Shown: positions 1 through 10,368 of the stretch, one piece after another
How the letters are laid out: the number at the start of each line of letters is the position of its first letter
How positions within the stretch are numbered: the stretch's first letter is position 1
NCBI GenBank assembly: GCA_947628535.1
Contig: CANRAF010000001.1
Location: 93,120 to 157,119 of the forward strand
Source of the DNA: an uncultured Bacilli bacterium
GTDB taxonomy: Bacteria > Bacillota_I > Bacilli_A > RF39 > UBA660
DNA: 64,000 nucleotides
Direction: 5' to 3'
Program-made: the position numbers and the translations under genes
The notes under the pieces: generated by a model
Databases searched by the model: none
Seen by the model: the letters and a program-made list of their open reading frames with translations, nothing else
What the model was told of the DNA's origin: nothing

Positions 1-380
1 ATCTCTACATCTCTTAAAGGGTCTACTGATCCTTCTACATGAGTTATTTCTTTATTTTCAAAGCATCTTACTACTTCGCAAATTGCATCTACTTCGCGAA
101 TATGAGATAAAAATTTATTGCCTAATCCTTCCCCTTCTGATGCTCCTTTTACTATACCCGCGATATCTACAAATTCAAAAGTTGCAGGTTTTACTTCTTT
201 GGGAACGTACATTTCTTCAAGTTTTTCTAATCTTTCGTCTGGAACACTTACTATTCCAACATTTGGATCTATAGTTGCAAAAGGATAATTAGCTATTAAG
301 ATATCTTTTTTTGTTATGGCATTGAAAAGTGTTGATTTTCCAACATTTGGAAGCCCTACTATGCCTGCTTTTAAACTCAT
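1..380 (-). CDS. ychF: Ribosome-binding ATPase YchF (Obg-family GTPase). N-terminal part only; the gene continues past the window start.
   Basis: Reverse-complement translation from the ATG at 380 gives [23 protein letters not shown]...[20 protein letters not shown], which carries the P-loop and G-motifs. The frame is open to position 1. Confidence 0.8.
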   Translation of the reverse strand, partial: MSLKAGIVGLPNVGKSTLFNAITKKDILIANYPFATIDPNVGIVSVPDERLEKLEEMYVPKEVKPATFEFVDIAGIVKGASEGEGLGNKFLSHIREVDAICEVVRCFENKEITHVEGSVDPLRDVE

Positions 381-392
381 TTTCTGCCTCCT

Positions 393-1988
393 TTATAATA
401 CTGGATAAACTCCTGGCCCAAGTGGTAATCCTATTAGATACCATAGTAATAAAATTGCTATCCAAGTAATTGATATTGCTAGTAAGTATGGAGTCATTAG
501 TTTAATTCCATCCCTTATTCCATATACTTTCTTTTCTTCTCTATTATAGATATTTAAGTATCCAATAAATACTACAAAGTATGCAAGTAAAGGTGTTACC
601 CCATTAGTCATTGATTCAGCGGCTCTAAATATAAATTGTGAATATTGTGGTGATAAGTTAATTTGCATCATCGTAGGTACTAAAACTGGTGATAATATCA
701 TCCATTTAGTTATAGTACTTGGAACAAATAAATTAGATACTCCAATAACGATGATAGCCACAATTATTAATAGTACTCCTGAAAGAGGCATTATTTTTAT
801 GATACTTGATAACCAAACTACAATCATTGTTCCAATTTCAGTTTCTTTAAATATAGCTATAAATTGAGCTGCGAAGAATATCATTACAAGAAGTATTCCT
901 AAATTGCTTAATTGTTTTGTTAATTTTTGGAAAAGTTCTTTATCATTTTTAATTGATTTTGCTCCTATAGCATAAGCAATTCCTGTTATAATCATAAATA
1001 GTGCTAACATATAGGTAAATCCAGATTCTAAATATGATGAACTTCCAAATAATTGATATGCATATGATGTTTCTGTTTTATCAAGTAGTGCTCCAGAGAA
1101 TGGAAGTCCTGGAATTATCATATAAATAAATATTGCTATTACTAAAATTGCTGCTATTAAAGCATATTTTAATCCTTTCTTTTCTCTTTCTTCATCTTTT
1201 ATTTTCTTTTGTTCTTCGTATTGAAGGTCTAAATATTCTATTTCTTTAGTATGATCTAACTCATCTTTGGTTTTGGAAACATATCTTCCGATTTTTTTAA
1301 CTATGTATTTTTCTGTAATTATTGTACCAACTATTGAAATTATAATTGCTGAGATAATCATTATAAATAAGTTAGATGTCATTCTAACATAAAATGATTC
1401 ATCTATTAAGTTAGCAGCACTCATTGTATATGGTATTAAGGACATATCTGTTGCTCCAACGAAGAAACTTACACTATAACCAAAAGCTACTCCTGCAAAG
1501 GATGTTGCTATTCCAGCGAGAGGATTTCTTCCGTTAAATAGAAATAAAAGTGCTCCGAGAGGTATTAAAACTGCATATCCTACTTCATTAACAATGCTTG
1601 AGAAAACTGCTGTTAAAAATAGTAAAAAAGTTATTATTTTTGGATTTATCTTAGCAAGTTTCCTTTTCATAAAGGTTTGAATTAATCCTGTTTCTTCTGC
1701 TACTGCTATTCCGATTAAAGTTATGATTAAAGTTGAAACAGTAGTAAAGCTTACAAAGTTTGTTGAAGCATTACTAATCATAGATTTTATTCCATCATAA
1801 CTTAGCATATTTTTAACTGTTACAATTGTTTGTTCAAGTTCTCCTGTATTTAAATTTACACTATCATAAGATGCTGAAATATTAAATAGTGATAAAATAG
1901 CACTTAGTACTACTGTTATCGCTATTAATATGATAAAACTAGTGACAGGATGAAGTTTTAATTTTTTATTTTTATTTTTTTTGGTCAT
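393..1988 (-). CDS. AbgT-family transporter (p-aminobenzoyl-glutamate / MtrF type)
   Basis: 531-aa polytopic membrane protein. The block GIAVAEETGLIQTFMKRK...GYAVLIPLGALLFLFNGRNPLAGIATSFAGVAFGYS matches the conserved AbgT core (GVAEKSGLI...GYVVLIPLGA...GRHPLAG). Confidence 0.8.
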   Translation of the reverse strand: MTKKNKNKKLKLHPVTSFIILIAITVVLSAILSLFNISASYDSVNLNTGELEQTIVTVKNMLSYDGIKSMISNASTNFVSFTTVSTLIITLIGIAVAEETGLIQTFMKRKLAKINPKIITFLLFLTAVFSSIVNEVGYAVLIPLGALLFLFNGRNPLAGIATSFAGVAFGYSVSFFVGATDMSLIPYTMSAANLIDESFYVRMTSNLFIMIISAIIISIVGTIITEKYIVKKIGRYVSKTKDELDHTKEIEYLDLQYEEQKKIKDEEREKKGLKYALIAAILVIAIFIYMIIPGLPFSGALLDKTETSYAYQLFGSSSYLESGFTYMLALFMIITGIAYAIGAKSIKNDKELFQKLTKQLSNLGILLVMIFFAAQFIAIFKETEIGTMIVVWLSSIIKIMPLSGVLLIIVAIIVIGVSNLFVPSTITKWMILSPVLVPTMMQINLSPQYSQFIFRAAESMTNGVTPLLAYFVVFIGYLNIYNREEKKVYGIRDGIKLMTPYLLAISITWIAILLLWYLIGLPLGPGVYPVL

Positions 1989-1991
1989 ATG

Positions 1992-2177
1992 CTACTCCTC
2001 TACTATTTTTTTTAATTTTTTGTTAAATTCTAAACGATCTAACATAACTGTTCTTCCACAATTTATGCATTTTAATTTTATATCTGCTCCGAGACGAATT
2101 ATTTCCCAGAGATTTGTTCCACATGGATGATTTTTTTTCATTATAACTTTAGTCCCTAAATTATATTTTTTATCCAT
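1992..2177 (-). CDS. Small conserved DUF951-like protein (61 aa, Cys-containing)
   Basis: Compact ORF tightly packed between MscS and the AbgT gene. It has CxxC-type residues (HPCGTN...CINCGR). Function unknown. Confidence 0.45.
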   Translation of the reverse strand: MDKKYNLGTKVIMKKNHPCGTNLWEIIRLGADIKLKCINCGRTVMLDRLEFNKKLKKIVEE

Positions 2178-2958
2178 TTTTTACCTCAATTATATTATAT
2201 GGAATAGAAAGCTTTTCTTTATCAAACTCTTCCTTTATTATTCTATTTATTTGCCTTTTTACTTTGAATTGTTCTTCTGGTTTTACTGGAACTTCTATTC
2301 TATATTCTAAATAAGAATCTACAAATTTATTAAGGCCCCATAAAGATACTTCTCCAGTTAATACATCTATTTCTTTTTTTATTCTATTTATTATATTTTC
2401 TACTACTTTATCTGCCTTTTCATTACTTATTTCATATGAAAATGGAATATCCATAATAACATTAGGATTTGTTTTAGAATAATTTGTAACTTCTGTTATA
2501 GTTCTATTAGCTATTATTTTTAAAACATTTTCGTAATTTAATATTTTTGTATTTTTTAATCCTAAATCTACAACTGTTCCTTCAAAATTATTTATAAGTA
2601 CATAATCCCCAATATCAAATTGATCTTCTAAAATTATAGAGATACCTACTAAAATATCTTTCATCATGTCTTGAAGTGCTAATCCTAAAACAACACTTGC
2701 TATTCCTAGTCCTGCGAGAATTGAAGTTATATTTACCCCAAGTATTCCTAAAACTTTTATAGCTATTAAAATCATAATTACATATTTAATTATATTTAAA
2801 AGCAATTTTTTTATTGTTTCTTGTCTTTTTTTTGTTTTTTTATTATTTTTTTTAGTTATAACATGTTTTATTATTTGATAAATTATTATACCTATAATTA
2901 TATAAATCAATAAGATATGAATATCTTTTTCTATTAGAAAGTTTAAAATATCTTTCAT
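2170..2958 (-). CDS. Small-conductance mechanosensitive channel (MscS family)
   Basis: N-terminal TM helices followed by LAGLGIASVVLGLALQDMMKDILVGISIILEDQFDIGDYV...GTVVDLGLKNTKI, the MscS pore and beta-domain signature. Confidence 0.75.
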   Translation of the reverse strand: MKDILNFLIEKDIHILLIYIIIGIIIYQIIKHVITKKNNKKTKKRQETIKKLLLNIIKYVIMILIAIKVLGILGVNITSILAGLGIASVVLGLALQDMMKDILVGISIILEDQFDIGDYVLINNFEGTVVDLGLKNTKILNYENVLKIIANRTITEVTNYSKTNPNVIMDIPFSYEISNEKADKVVENIINRIKKEIDVLTGEVSLWGLNKFVDSYLEYRIEVPVKPEEQFKVKRQINRIIKEEFDKEKLSIPYNIIEVKNG

Positions 2959-2966
2959 TTTACCAC

Positions 2967-3851
2967 CTACTTATTATAGTTTATTACTTCGAGTATTCTA
3001 TTTAAATCACTATCATTTACATAATTTATTTCTAATTTTTTTGGTTTTATTTTTACTTTTGTTCCAAGATAATCTGATAAATCTCTTTCTAAATGTTCAT
3101 ATTCGTTATTATATTTTCTTTGTACTTTTACTTTTTTTGGTGTATTTTCTTTACTTGTTTCTTCTTCGATTTGTCTTACATTTAGATTTTCTTTAACTAT
3201 TCTGTTTGCAAGAGTTATTATTTGATCTTTATTTTCAAGTTTTGATAGAACTCTAGCATGACTCATACTTAATGATCCTTGTTTTACTAGATTTTTTACT
3301 TCTTCAGGAAGAATAAGAAGTCCAAGCATATTTGTTATATAACTTCTACTTTTTCCTACTCTTTTAGCTAGTTCTTCTTGAGTTAAATTTAAATTTTGCA
3401 TAAGAGTTTGGTAAGCTGTTGCTTCTTCTATAGCATTTAAATTTTCTCTTTGAAGATTTTCAAGAACTGCTATTTCCATCATTTGTCTGTCAGTAAAATC
3501 TCTAATTATACAAGGAATTGTTTCCATTCCTGCGAGTTTTGAAGCTCTATATCTTCTTTCTCCTGCAACTATTTCATAGTCTTTTATACTTTTTTTAACA
3601 ATTATTGGTTGGATTACTCCATGTTCTTTTATAGAAGTTGCTAATTCTTTTATGGACTCTTCATTAAATGTTTTTCTTGGTTGATATGGATTTACTCTAA
3701 GTTTGTTTAATGGAAGATCTGTTACTTCTTCTTTTGTTGATGTTTCCATTATTTTTTCTTCTATTTTGTCATAGTTAATATCTTCAATGTTAAATAATTC
3801 TTCAAGCCCACGACCTAAAGCTCTTCTTTTATTTTGTTCCATTTCCTTCAA
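2967..3851 (-). CDS. parB: Chromosome partitioning protein ParB/Spo0J
   Basis: ParB box (VIQPIIVKK...YEIVAGERRYRASKLAG), HTH (LTQEELAKRVGKSRSYITNMLGLL) and a C-terminal dimerisation domain. Sits next to parA. Confidence 0.9.
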   Translation of the reverse strand: MKEMEQNKRRALGRGLEELFNIEDINYDKIEEKIMETSTKEEVTDLPLNKLRVNPYQPRKTFNEESIKELATSIKEHGVIQPIIVKKSIKDYEIVAGERRYRASKLAGMETIPCIIRDFTDRQMMEIAVLENLQRENLNAIEEATAYQTLMQNLNLTQEELAKRVGKSRSYITNMLGLLILPEEVKNLVKQGSLSMSHARVLSKLENKDQIITLANRIVKENLNVRQIEEETSKENTPKKVKVQRKYNNEYEHLERDLSDYLGTKVKIKPKKLEINYVNDSDLNRILEVINYNK

Positions 3852-4614
3852 TCACCTCTTTGGCTAAATTTAAATATGCTTCTGATCCGCGTGATGTTGG
3901 ATCATAAGCTACTATTGGTTTTCCATGTGATGGTGCTTCTGTTAATCTGATTAATCTTGGTATTATTGTGTTATATACTTTGTCTTTAAAGTAGCTTCTT
4001 ATTTCTTCAACTACTTCAAGACCTAAATTAGTTCTAGCATCAAGCATTGTTAGTAATACTCCTTCTATTGATAAATTGGGATTTAAGTTTGCTTGAGTAT
4101 ACATTATAGCTTTTAGAAGTTGAGTTATTCCTTCCAGTGCGAAGAATTCACATTGCACTGGAATAATTACTGAATCTGATGCTGTTAAGGCATTTGTTGT
4201 TATAATTCCCATTGATGGTGGACAATCCATTATTATATAATCAAATTTATCTTTTATTTTATCTATATGCATTTTTAGTATCTTTTTATTAGATACTGGT
4301 GAATTATGATTATTTTGTTCTAATTCAATATCTATTCCTGCGAGATTAATATTAGCTGGGAGAACGTATAAATTTTTATAGTTTGTTTTAACTATAGCTT
4401 CATTTATCTCTGCTGTTTCATTAAATACATTATAAATACTTTTTTCAATATCTCCTTTATTTAAACCAATTCCTGTTGTCGCATTACATTGTGGATCTAA
4501 ATCTATTAATAATACTTGTTTATCTAAAATTGCTAGAGAGGCTGCTAAATTAATACTTGTTGTTGTTTTCCCTACTCCACCTTTTTGATTTATTAGTGAA
4601 ATTACTTTTCCCAT
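3829..4614 (-). CDS. parA: Chromosome partitioning ATPase ParA/Soj
   Basis: Deviant Walker A (KGGVGKTTTSINLAASLA). Overlaps the parB start, as is typical. Confidence 0.9.
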   Translation of the reverse strand: MGKVISLINQKGGVGKTTTSINLAASLAILDKQVLLIDLDPQCNATTGIGLNKGDIEKSIYNVFNETAEINEAIVKTNYKNLYVLPANINLAGIDIELEQNNHNSPVSNKKILKMHIDKIKDKFDYIIMDCPPSMGIITTNALTASDSVIIPVQCEFFALEGITQLLKAIMYTQANLNPNLSIEGVLLTMLDARTNLGLEVVEEIRSYFKDKVYNTIIPRLIRLTEAPSHGKPIVAYDPTSRGSEAYLNLAKEVIEGNGTK

Positions 4615-4698
4615 TTTGTTACCACCTATTCCTTTTTGAGTTATTACTTTACTATTTTAGCAAATAATTAAGTTTTTTAAAAGGTTTTTTAGATAAAA

Positions 4699-4722
4699 AA
4701 AGCTCTTTTTGAGCTTTTAATT
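4699..4722 (-). terminator. Rho-independent terminator downstream of noc
   Basis: On the minus strand, the GCTCAAAAAGAGC hairpin is followed by a T-run (plus-strand sequence aaaaaagctctttttgagctttt). Confidence 0.5.
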
Positions 4723-6177
4723 TTTTTTATCTATTTCTATTACAATTTGGTACTTGTTTTCACTGTCATATTCATTAGATGTTACTTTAAATCCAAACTT
4801 TTCAGTATTTTGAATTGCTTGTCTAAAATTATTAATAGCAAATCTTAAGTCATAAACATCGTTAAATTGTTCTTGTTTTTCTTCTGGTTCTTCTTTTTCA
4901 TCAGATGGAACTCTAAATTGATCAAATATATTTGTTGGTTTAGAAACTTGTTTTGGTTCTTCTGTTTTTTCTATACTTGGAATTTGAATTATTTCATTTG
5001 CTGATTCTTCAATATTTTGAGAATCATTTATTTCAGGTTTATTTTGTTCTTCTTGATTATTTGCTTCAGATTCTGGTGCATTTTCTTCAGGAATATTAGT
5101 TTCATTTGGTAATGATTGACTCTCTTCATTTATATTAGTGCTTTCATTTACATTACTCTCTGGAATTGTAACATTATTTTGAACATTTTCTTGTGTTTGT
5201 TCTAGCTTATTCAAATTATTATTCATTGGAGATATATTGTTTAAAGGTTCATTACTGTTATTTACTTCTACATTTTTGTTTTCTACTGGTTTTTCTTCAG
5301 CTCTATTTGCATCAAGTGATTGTGAATTTTGTGGTGTTACTACTGGTTGTACAGAGTTTTCAATACTTTGATTACTTTTTTGTTCATCTATATTAGGTAA
5401 TAAATTATTTTCTGGTTTAGAAGGAATATTTGCCACTTGCTCTTGTTTATTTATGTTTTCTTCTGCTGATCCTTGACTTATAGTAGGTGCTATAACAGGA
5501 TTATTATTTTCATTCATATTTAAGTTTGAATTTTTATTTTCGGTTTCTTCAGGAGTTTCTATTACTTCAGGCATTTTTCCTGTTAGTTTCATTATTTCTT
5601 CATCTAACTGTCTTACTGTTAATTTTTCATTTATAATTCTTTTTAATAAATCTGTTTGCATTTGTGTATCTAAACTTAATAGACTCCTGGCATGCCTTTC
5701 TGAAATTTCAGAATTTAAAAGAGCTGTTTGGACTTCTTCTGCTAAAGTTAAAAGTCTTAATTTGTTAGCTATAGTTGATTGAGATTTACCTAAATTTTGA
5801 GCTAATTCTTCTTGAGTAATATTATCTAGTTTTAATATTGTTTGATATGTTTTTGCTTCTTCTATTGGTGTTAAATTACTTCTTTGAAGATTTTCTAGTA
5901 AAGCAATTTTTGCAGTTTCTCTATCATCTATATCTCTTACTAAGGCAGGAATTGTTTCTTTTCCTGCGAGTTGTGATGCACGGAATCTTCTTTCTCCTGC
6001 AATTATTTCGTATTTGTCCCCTACTTTTCTTACAATTATTGGTTGAATTACTCCATGTTCTCTTATTGACTGTGCTAATTCTTGTAAAGATGCATCATCG
6101 AACATTTCTCTTGGCTGAAATCTATTTGGAATAATATCTGTTAAAGATATTTCAAAAATCTCTTTTTCTAAATTCAT
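4717..6177 (-). CDS. noc: Nucleoid occlusion protein Noc (ParB family) with a long low-complexity insertion
   Basis: N-terminal 200 aa align with Noc (IPNRFQPR, GERRFRAS, GKSQSTIANKLRLL, ISERHAR). An N/Q/E/P-rich stretch of about 230 aa follows, then a conserved C-terminal domain (FRQAIQNTEKFGFKV...IVIEI). Confidence 0.8.
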   Translation of the reverse strand: MNLEKEIFEISLTDIIPNRFQPREMFDDASLQELAQSIREHGVIQPIIVRKVGDKYEIIAGERRFRASQLAGKETIPALVRDIDDRETAKIALLENLQRSNLTPIEEAKTYQTILKLDNITQEELAQNLGKSQSTIANKLRLLTLAEEVQTALLNSEISERHARSLLSLDTQMQTDLLKRIINEKLTVRQLDEEIMKLTGKMPEVIETPEETENKNSNLNMNENNNPVIAPTISQGSAEENINKQEQVANIPSKPENNLLPNIDEQKSNQSIENSVQPVVTPQNSQSLDANRAEEKPVENKNVEVNNSNEPLNNISPMNNNLNKLEQTQENVQNNVTIPESNVNESTNINEESQSLPNETNIPEENAPESEANNQEEQNKPEINDSQNIEESANEIIQIPSIEKTEEPKQVSKPTNIFDQFRVPSDEKEEPEEKQEQFNDVYDLRFAINNFRQAIQNTEKFGFKVTSNEYDSENKYQIVIEIDKKN

Positions 6178-6243
6178 ATTACATCCCTCTATTCTTTTTA
6201 CATACCTTTTCTATGATAACATTTTATAATAAAAAAAGAAATT

Positions 6244-6939
6244 TTACAATGGGTTTTGCTTGATTTTTGTAAAATTTCTTGGATACTTTTTATCTGCTTC
6301 TTTTAATTTTTTTATTTTTAAAATCGTTCTTTTACTGTTTTCTATAGGTAGAGTTAAGGTTTCTTTTGCTTCAAGTTTTAAATTTAAAATGTTTAAAGCT
6401 TTTTGTGATTCTTTTAATTCATCTTCTATATTTGCTTTTAATAATATAAAATATCCTCCTGATTTTAGAAGTTTTATTGATAGTTCTAATAAAATATTAG
6501 TTTTAGCAACGGCACGTGATGTTACTATATCAAATGTTTCGTCTTGGTAGTCTTCTATTCTGGAATGAACGGCTTTTATATCTTTTAAGTTTAATTTTTT
6601 TATTACTTGATTTAAAAAGTTTACCCTTTTATTAAGTGAATCTAAAAGAGTTATTTTTAAATTTGGAAATACTATTTTTAATACTATTCCTGGAAAACCT
6701 GCTCCTGTTCCAATATCAATTAAAGTTAAGTTTTGAGTTAAATCTATTACTTTTGCTATAGTTAGGCTATCATAAAAGTGTTTTAAGTAAACATCTTCCT
6801 TTTTAGTTATTCTAGTTAAATTTTGTTTTTGATTTTCTTCAATTAATAATTTATAGTAATTTTCTAGTTGCTCTTCTTGCTTTTTTGTTAAATTTATATT
6901 TAATTTATTTAATTCTTCTATAAACTTTTCTCTATTCAT
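6244..6939 (-). CDS. rsmG: 16S rRNA m7G527 methyltransferase RsmG (GidB)
   Basis: SAM-binding motif DIGTGAGFPGIVLKI. Conserved position next to mnmG. Confidence 0.9.
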   Translation of the reverse strand: MNREKFIEELNKLNINLTKKQEEQLENYYKLLIEENQKQNLTRITKKEDVYLKHFYDSLTIAKVIDLTQNLTLIDIGTGAGFPGIVLKIVFPNLKITLLDSLNKRVNFLNQVIKKLNLKDIKAVHSRIEDYQDETFDIVTSRAVAKTNILLELSIKLLKSGGYFILLKANIEDELKESQKALNILNLKLEAKETLTLPIENSKRTILKIKKLKEADKKYPRNFTKIKQNPL

Positions 6940-8785
6940 TTTTACCTCTTTTTAAATATATCATTAAAACTGCGATATCACTTGGATTTACTCCACTTAT
7001 ACGCATAGCTTGGCCTATTGATGTAGGTTTTATTTTTGTTAGTTTTTCACGGGCTTCAAGAGCGAGATTAGATATTTTTTGATAATCTATATTTTCACTT
7101 AGTTTAATATTTTCATATTCTTTTAGTTTTTTTGCTTCTTCTTCTTGCTTTTTTATATAACCTGAATATTTTACTATTATTTCTACTTCTTCAATTACTT
7201 CTTTATCATAATTATTTTTCAAAAATGGTTTTAAATTTTCTATTGTTACTTCTGGTCTTTTTAAAAGATTTTCTAATGTTGTTTTATCTATAATTTTGTT
7301 AATATTATTTTCTTTTAAAATGTTGTTTATTTCTTTTGTTGGAGTAATTTCTTTTGTTAACTCTTTAAGAAGTTTTTTTATGTTTTCTAATTTTATTTTA
7401 AATTTTTGATAATTTTCTTTAGTTACTAGTCCTATTTCATTACCATATTCAGTTAGTCTTAAATCAGCATTATCATCTCTTAAAAGGAGACGATATTCTG
7501 CACGAGATGTAAGAAGTCTGTAAGGCTCTTTTGTCCCTTTTGTTACTAAATCATCTATTAATACTCCAATATAGGCTTCATCTCTTCTTAATATTAATGG
7601 TTTTTTGCCTTTTAGTTTTTGATTTGCATTTATTGCTGCGATTAAACCTTGACATGCTGCTTCTTCATAACCACTTGTTCCATTTATTTGTCCTGCTGTA
7701 AAAAGATTTTCTATTATTTTTGTTTCTAATGTTCTTTTTAACTGAGTTGGATCTATTGCATCATATTCGATTGCATAAGCGTATTTTAAAATTTCTGCAT
7801 TTTCAAGTCCTGGAAGGGATTTTACCATTTCTTTTTGAACTTCTTTGGGCATGCTTGAGGAGAAACCTTGTATATAGATAGTATCTAAATTTTTGCTTTC
7901 TGGCTCTAAAAATAATTGATGGCGTTCTTTATCTTTGAATCTTACTATTTTATCTTCTATTGAGGGACAATAACGTGGCCCTATTCCTTCAGCGTATCCT
8001 CCGTACATAGCTGATTTTGTTAGATTTTTATTAATAATTTCATGTGTTTTTTTGTTTGTATAAATTAAATGACATAATTCTTGCTTTTCTGGGTCATAAT
8101 ATGGTTTATTTTCATAAGAAAAAGTTAAGATATCAGTGTCCCCGGGTTCTCTTTTTGTTTTAGTAAAATCTATTGTATCTTTTTTTATTCTAGGAGGTGT
8201 ACCTGTTTTTAATCTTTGAATAGTAAAACCTAATTCTTTTAAATGTTTGCTTAAATTTAGCTCTGTTTCTTCTCCGTGTGGTCCTTCTTTTTTCTTTGTA
8301 CTTCCTATTAAAATATTTGAATTTAAGTAGGTTCCTGTTGTTAAAATCACTGCTTTTGCTTTTATTTCTTCCTCTTTTGTTATAACTCCCTTTACAACAT
8401 TATTTTCAACTATTAGTTTTTTTACAAATGTCTCTTTTATATCAAGGTTCTTTGTGCTTTTTATAGTTTCTGTCATGTTTTTTTGATATTCTATTTTGTC
8501 TATTTGTGCACGAAGAGCCCAAACAGCTGGCCCTTTTCTGGTATTTAATTTCTTTATTTGAAGAATAGATTTATCAGTATTTTTAGCCATTTCACCTCCG
8601 AGAGCATCTATTTCTCTTACTACAATTCCTTTAGCTGGACCTCCAATTGAGGGATTACATGGAGCATCTGCTATATTATTTATATTTCCTGTTATTAAAA
8701 GAGTTTTATTGCCAAGTCTTGCACTTGCTAAAGCTGCTTCTGATCCTGCATGACCTCCCCCAACAACTATTATGTCATATTTCAT
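6932..8785 (-). CDS. mnmG: tRNA uridine-5-carboxymethylaminomethyl modification enzyme MnmG (GidA)
   Basis: FAD-binding MKYDIIVVGGGHAGSEAALASARLG. The real start is probably the internal ATG at 8785; the ORF track extends to 8842. Confidence 0.9.
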   Translation of the reverse strand: MKYDIIVVGGGHAGSEAALASARLGNKTLLITGNINNIADAPCNPSIGGPAKGIVVREIDALGGEMAKNTDKSILQIKKLNTRKGPAVWALRAQIDKIEYQKNMTETIKSTKNLDIKETFVKKLIVENNVVKGVITKEEEIKAKAVILTTGTYLNSNILIGSTKKKEGPHGEETELNLSKHLKELGFTIQRLKTGTPPRIKKDTIDFTKTKREPGDTDILTFSYENKPYYDPEKQELCHLIYTNKKTHEIINKNLTKSAMYGGYAEGIGPRYCPSIEDKIVRFKDKERHQLFLEPESKNLDTIYIQGFSSSMPKEVQKEMVKSLPGLENAEILKYAYAIEYDAIDPTQLKRTLETKIIENLFTAGQINGTSGYEEAACQGLIAAINANQKLKGKKPLILRRDEAYIGVLIDDLVTKGTKEPYRLLTSRAEYRLLLRDDNADLRLTEYGNEIGLVTKENYQKFKIKLENIKKLLKELTKEITPTKEINNILKENNINKIIDKTTLENLLKRPEVTIENLKPFLKNNYDKEVIEEVEIIVKYSGYIKKQEEEAKKLKEYENIKLSENIDYQKISNLALEAREKLTKIKPTSIGQAMRISGVNPSDIAVLMIYLKRGKNE

Positions 8786-8936
8786 TTTTATACACCTCTT
8801 TTTATGCGATTGTATTGTAGCATATTTTTTATATCTTCTCAAGTTTTATTCAAATTAAAAAGCCTATTTTTAGGCTCTTTTTTTTATTTTTAGTTTGTTA
8901 TAATTTGTTCTTGTGGTTTTAAAAATATTATTTTTA

Positions 8937-10286
8937 TTATTTTCCAACACAGAAGTTTTTAAATAGATTATCTAAAAGTTCTTCGGTGTATGATTCTCCA
9001 ATTACTTCTCCGAGAAGATTCCAGATATTTTTTAAATCTATTTCTAACATATCTATTGGAAGATTTTCTTTTAATCCTGTTTCTATATCTTTTACGCTTT
9101 CTTTAGCTTGTTCTATTTTATTTAGCTGTTCAATACTAGAAACATAAGAAAAATCATTTGTTTCTATTTTTTCAAGACTAAATAATTCTTTTATTTTATT
9201 TAAAAGATTTTCTATTCCTTCTTCTTTTTTAGTACTTGTATATACTATGTTTTCAAAATTTTGACTTAAATTTAAATTTTTCTTTAAGTCTGTTTTATTT
9301 ATTACAATTATTCTTGTTTTATTATTTGATATTTTAAGTAGTTCTTCATCCTCTTTTGTTAATTTTTCATTATTATTTAGTATTAGTAGAACTAAATCTG
9401 CTTTATTAAGGACATTTTTAGATTTTTCTACTCCTATTTTTTCTACTATATCTTCGGTTTCTCTAATTCCCGCAGTATCTATTAGATTTAAGGTTATACC
9501 CTCTAAAATTAGGGTTCCTTCGATAATATCTCTTGTTGTTCCAGGAACATTGGTAACTATTGCTTTTTCTTCTTCTATTAATTTGTTTAAAATACTACTC
9601 TTTCCGACATTTGGTCTTCCTATTATTGCTACGTTTATTCCTGATTTTATTATTTTACTGGTTTTAGAGTTTTCTATTATTTCATCTAAAGACCTTTTTA
9701 TTTCAGAAAGTTCTTTTTTTATTTTATCTATTGTTACTTTTTCTATATCTTGATATTCTGGATAATCAATATTTACTTCAATATTACTTATTATATTTAC
9801 TAATTTTTCTCTTAGGGTTCTTATTTTATTGGTTGTTGTTCCACGAAGATTATTGATAGATATTTTTCTCGCTTTATCACTTTTACTATTTATTAAATCC
9901 ATTACTGCCTCACTTTTAGTAAGGTCTATTCTTCCGTTTAAAAAGGCACGTTTTGTAAATTCTCCAGGTTCTGCTATTCTTATTCCTTGTTTTAATAAAA
10001 TACTTAATACTTTCTCTGTTGGTGCTATTCCACCATGACAATTTATTTCAATAGTATCTTCTGTTGTAAATGTTTTGGGACCTTTCATTATAGTTATTAG
10101 TACTTCATCTATTATTTCATCTTTATCTTTTATATATCCATATGAAATTGTATGTGTTTTTTTTGTTAATAAGTTTATATTTGTTATATTATTTACTTTT
10201 TCTATTGCATCTTTTCCGCTTACTCTTATTATGGATATAGCTCCAACACCTAGAGTTGTTGATATAGCAGCAATTGTATCATCCAT
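8937..10286 (-). CDS. mnmE: tRNA modification GTPase MnmE (TrmE)
   Basis: N-terminal MDDTIAAISTTLGVGAISIIRVSG, G-domain GRPNVGKSSILN, and the C-terminal CVGK motif. Confidence 0.9.
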   Translation of the reverse strand: MDDTIAAISTTLGVGAISIIRVSGKDAIEKVNNITNINLLTKKTHTISYGYIKDKDEIIDEVLITIMKGPKTFTTEDTIEINCHGGIAPTEKVLSILLKQGIRIAEPGEFTKRAFLNGRIDLTKSEAVMDLINSKSDKARKISINNLRGTTTNKIRTLREKLVNIISNIEVNIDYPEYQDIEKVTIDKIKKELSEIKRSLDEIIENSKTSKIIKSGINVAIIGRPNVGKSSILNKLIEEEKAIVTNVPGTTRDIIEGTLILEGITLNLIDTAGIRETEDIVEKIGVEKSKNVLNKADLVLLILNNNEKLTKEDEELLKISNNKTRIIVINKTDLKKNLNLSQNFENIVYTSTKKEEGIENLLNKIKELFSLEKIETNDFSYVSSIEQLNKIEQAKESVKDIETGLKENLPIDMLEIDLKNIWNLLGEVIGESYTEELLDNLFKNFCVGK

Positions 10287-10368
10287 TGATAGCCCTCCTT
10301 TTTAAAGCTAGTCTATTATAACACTTTTTTGTAAAAAAGAGAAGATCTTTTTGGCCTTTGATATTTTG

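Noticed and set aside
83-274. 63-aa plus-strand ORF at the window start
   Set aside because: Lies antisense within the clearly conserved ychF N-terminal coding region.
5193-6134. Plus-strand ORFs 5193-5396 and 5838-6134 inside noc
   Set aside because: Antisense to the conserved ParB-fold and low-complexity regions. No RBS and hydrophobic junk composition.
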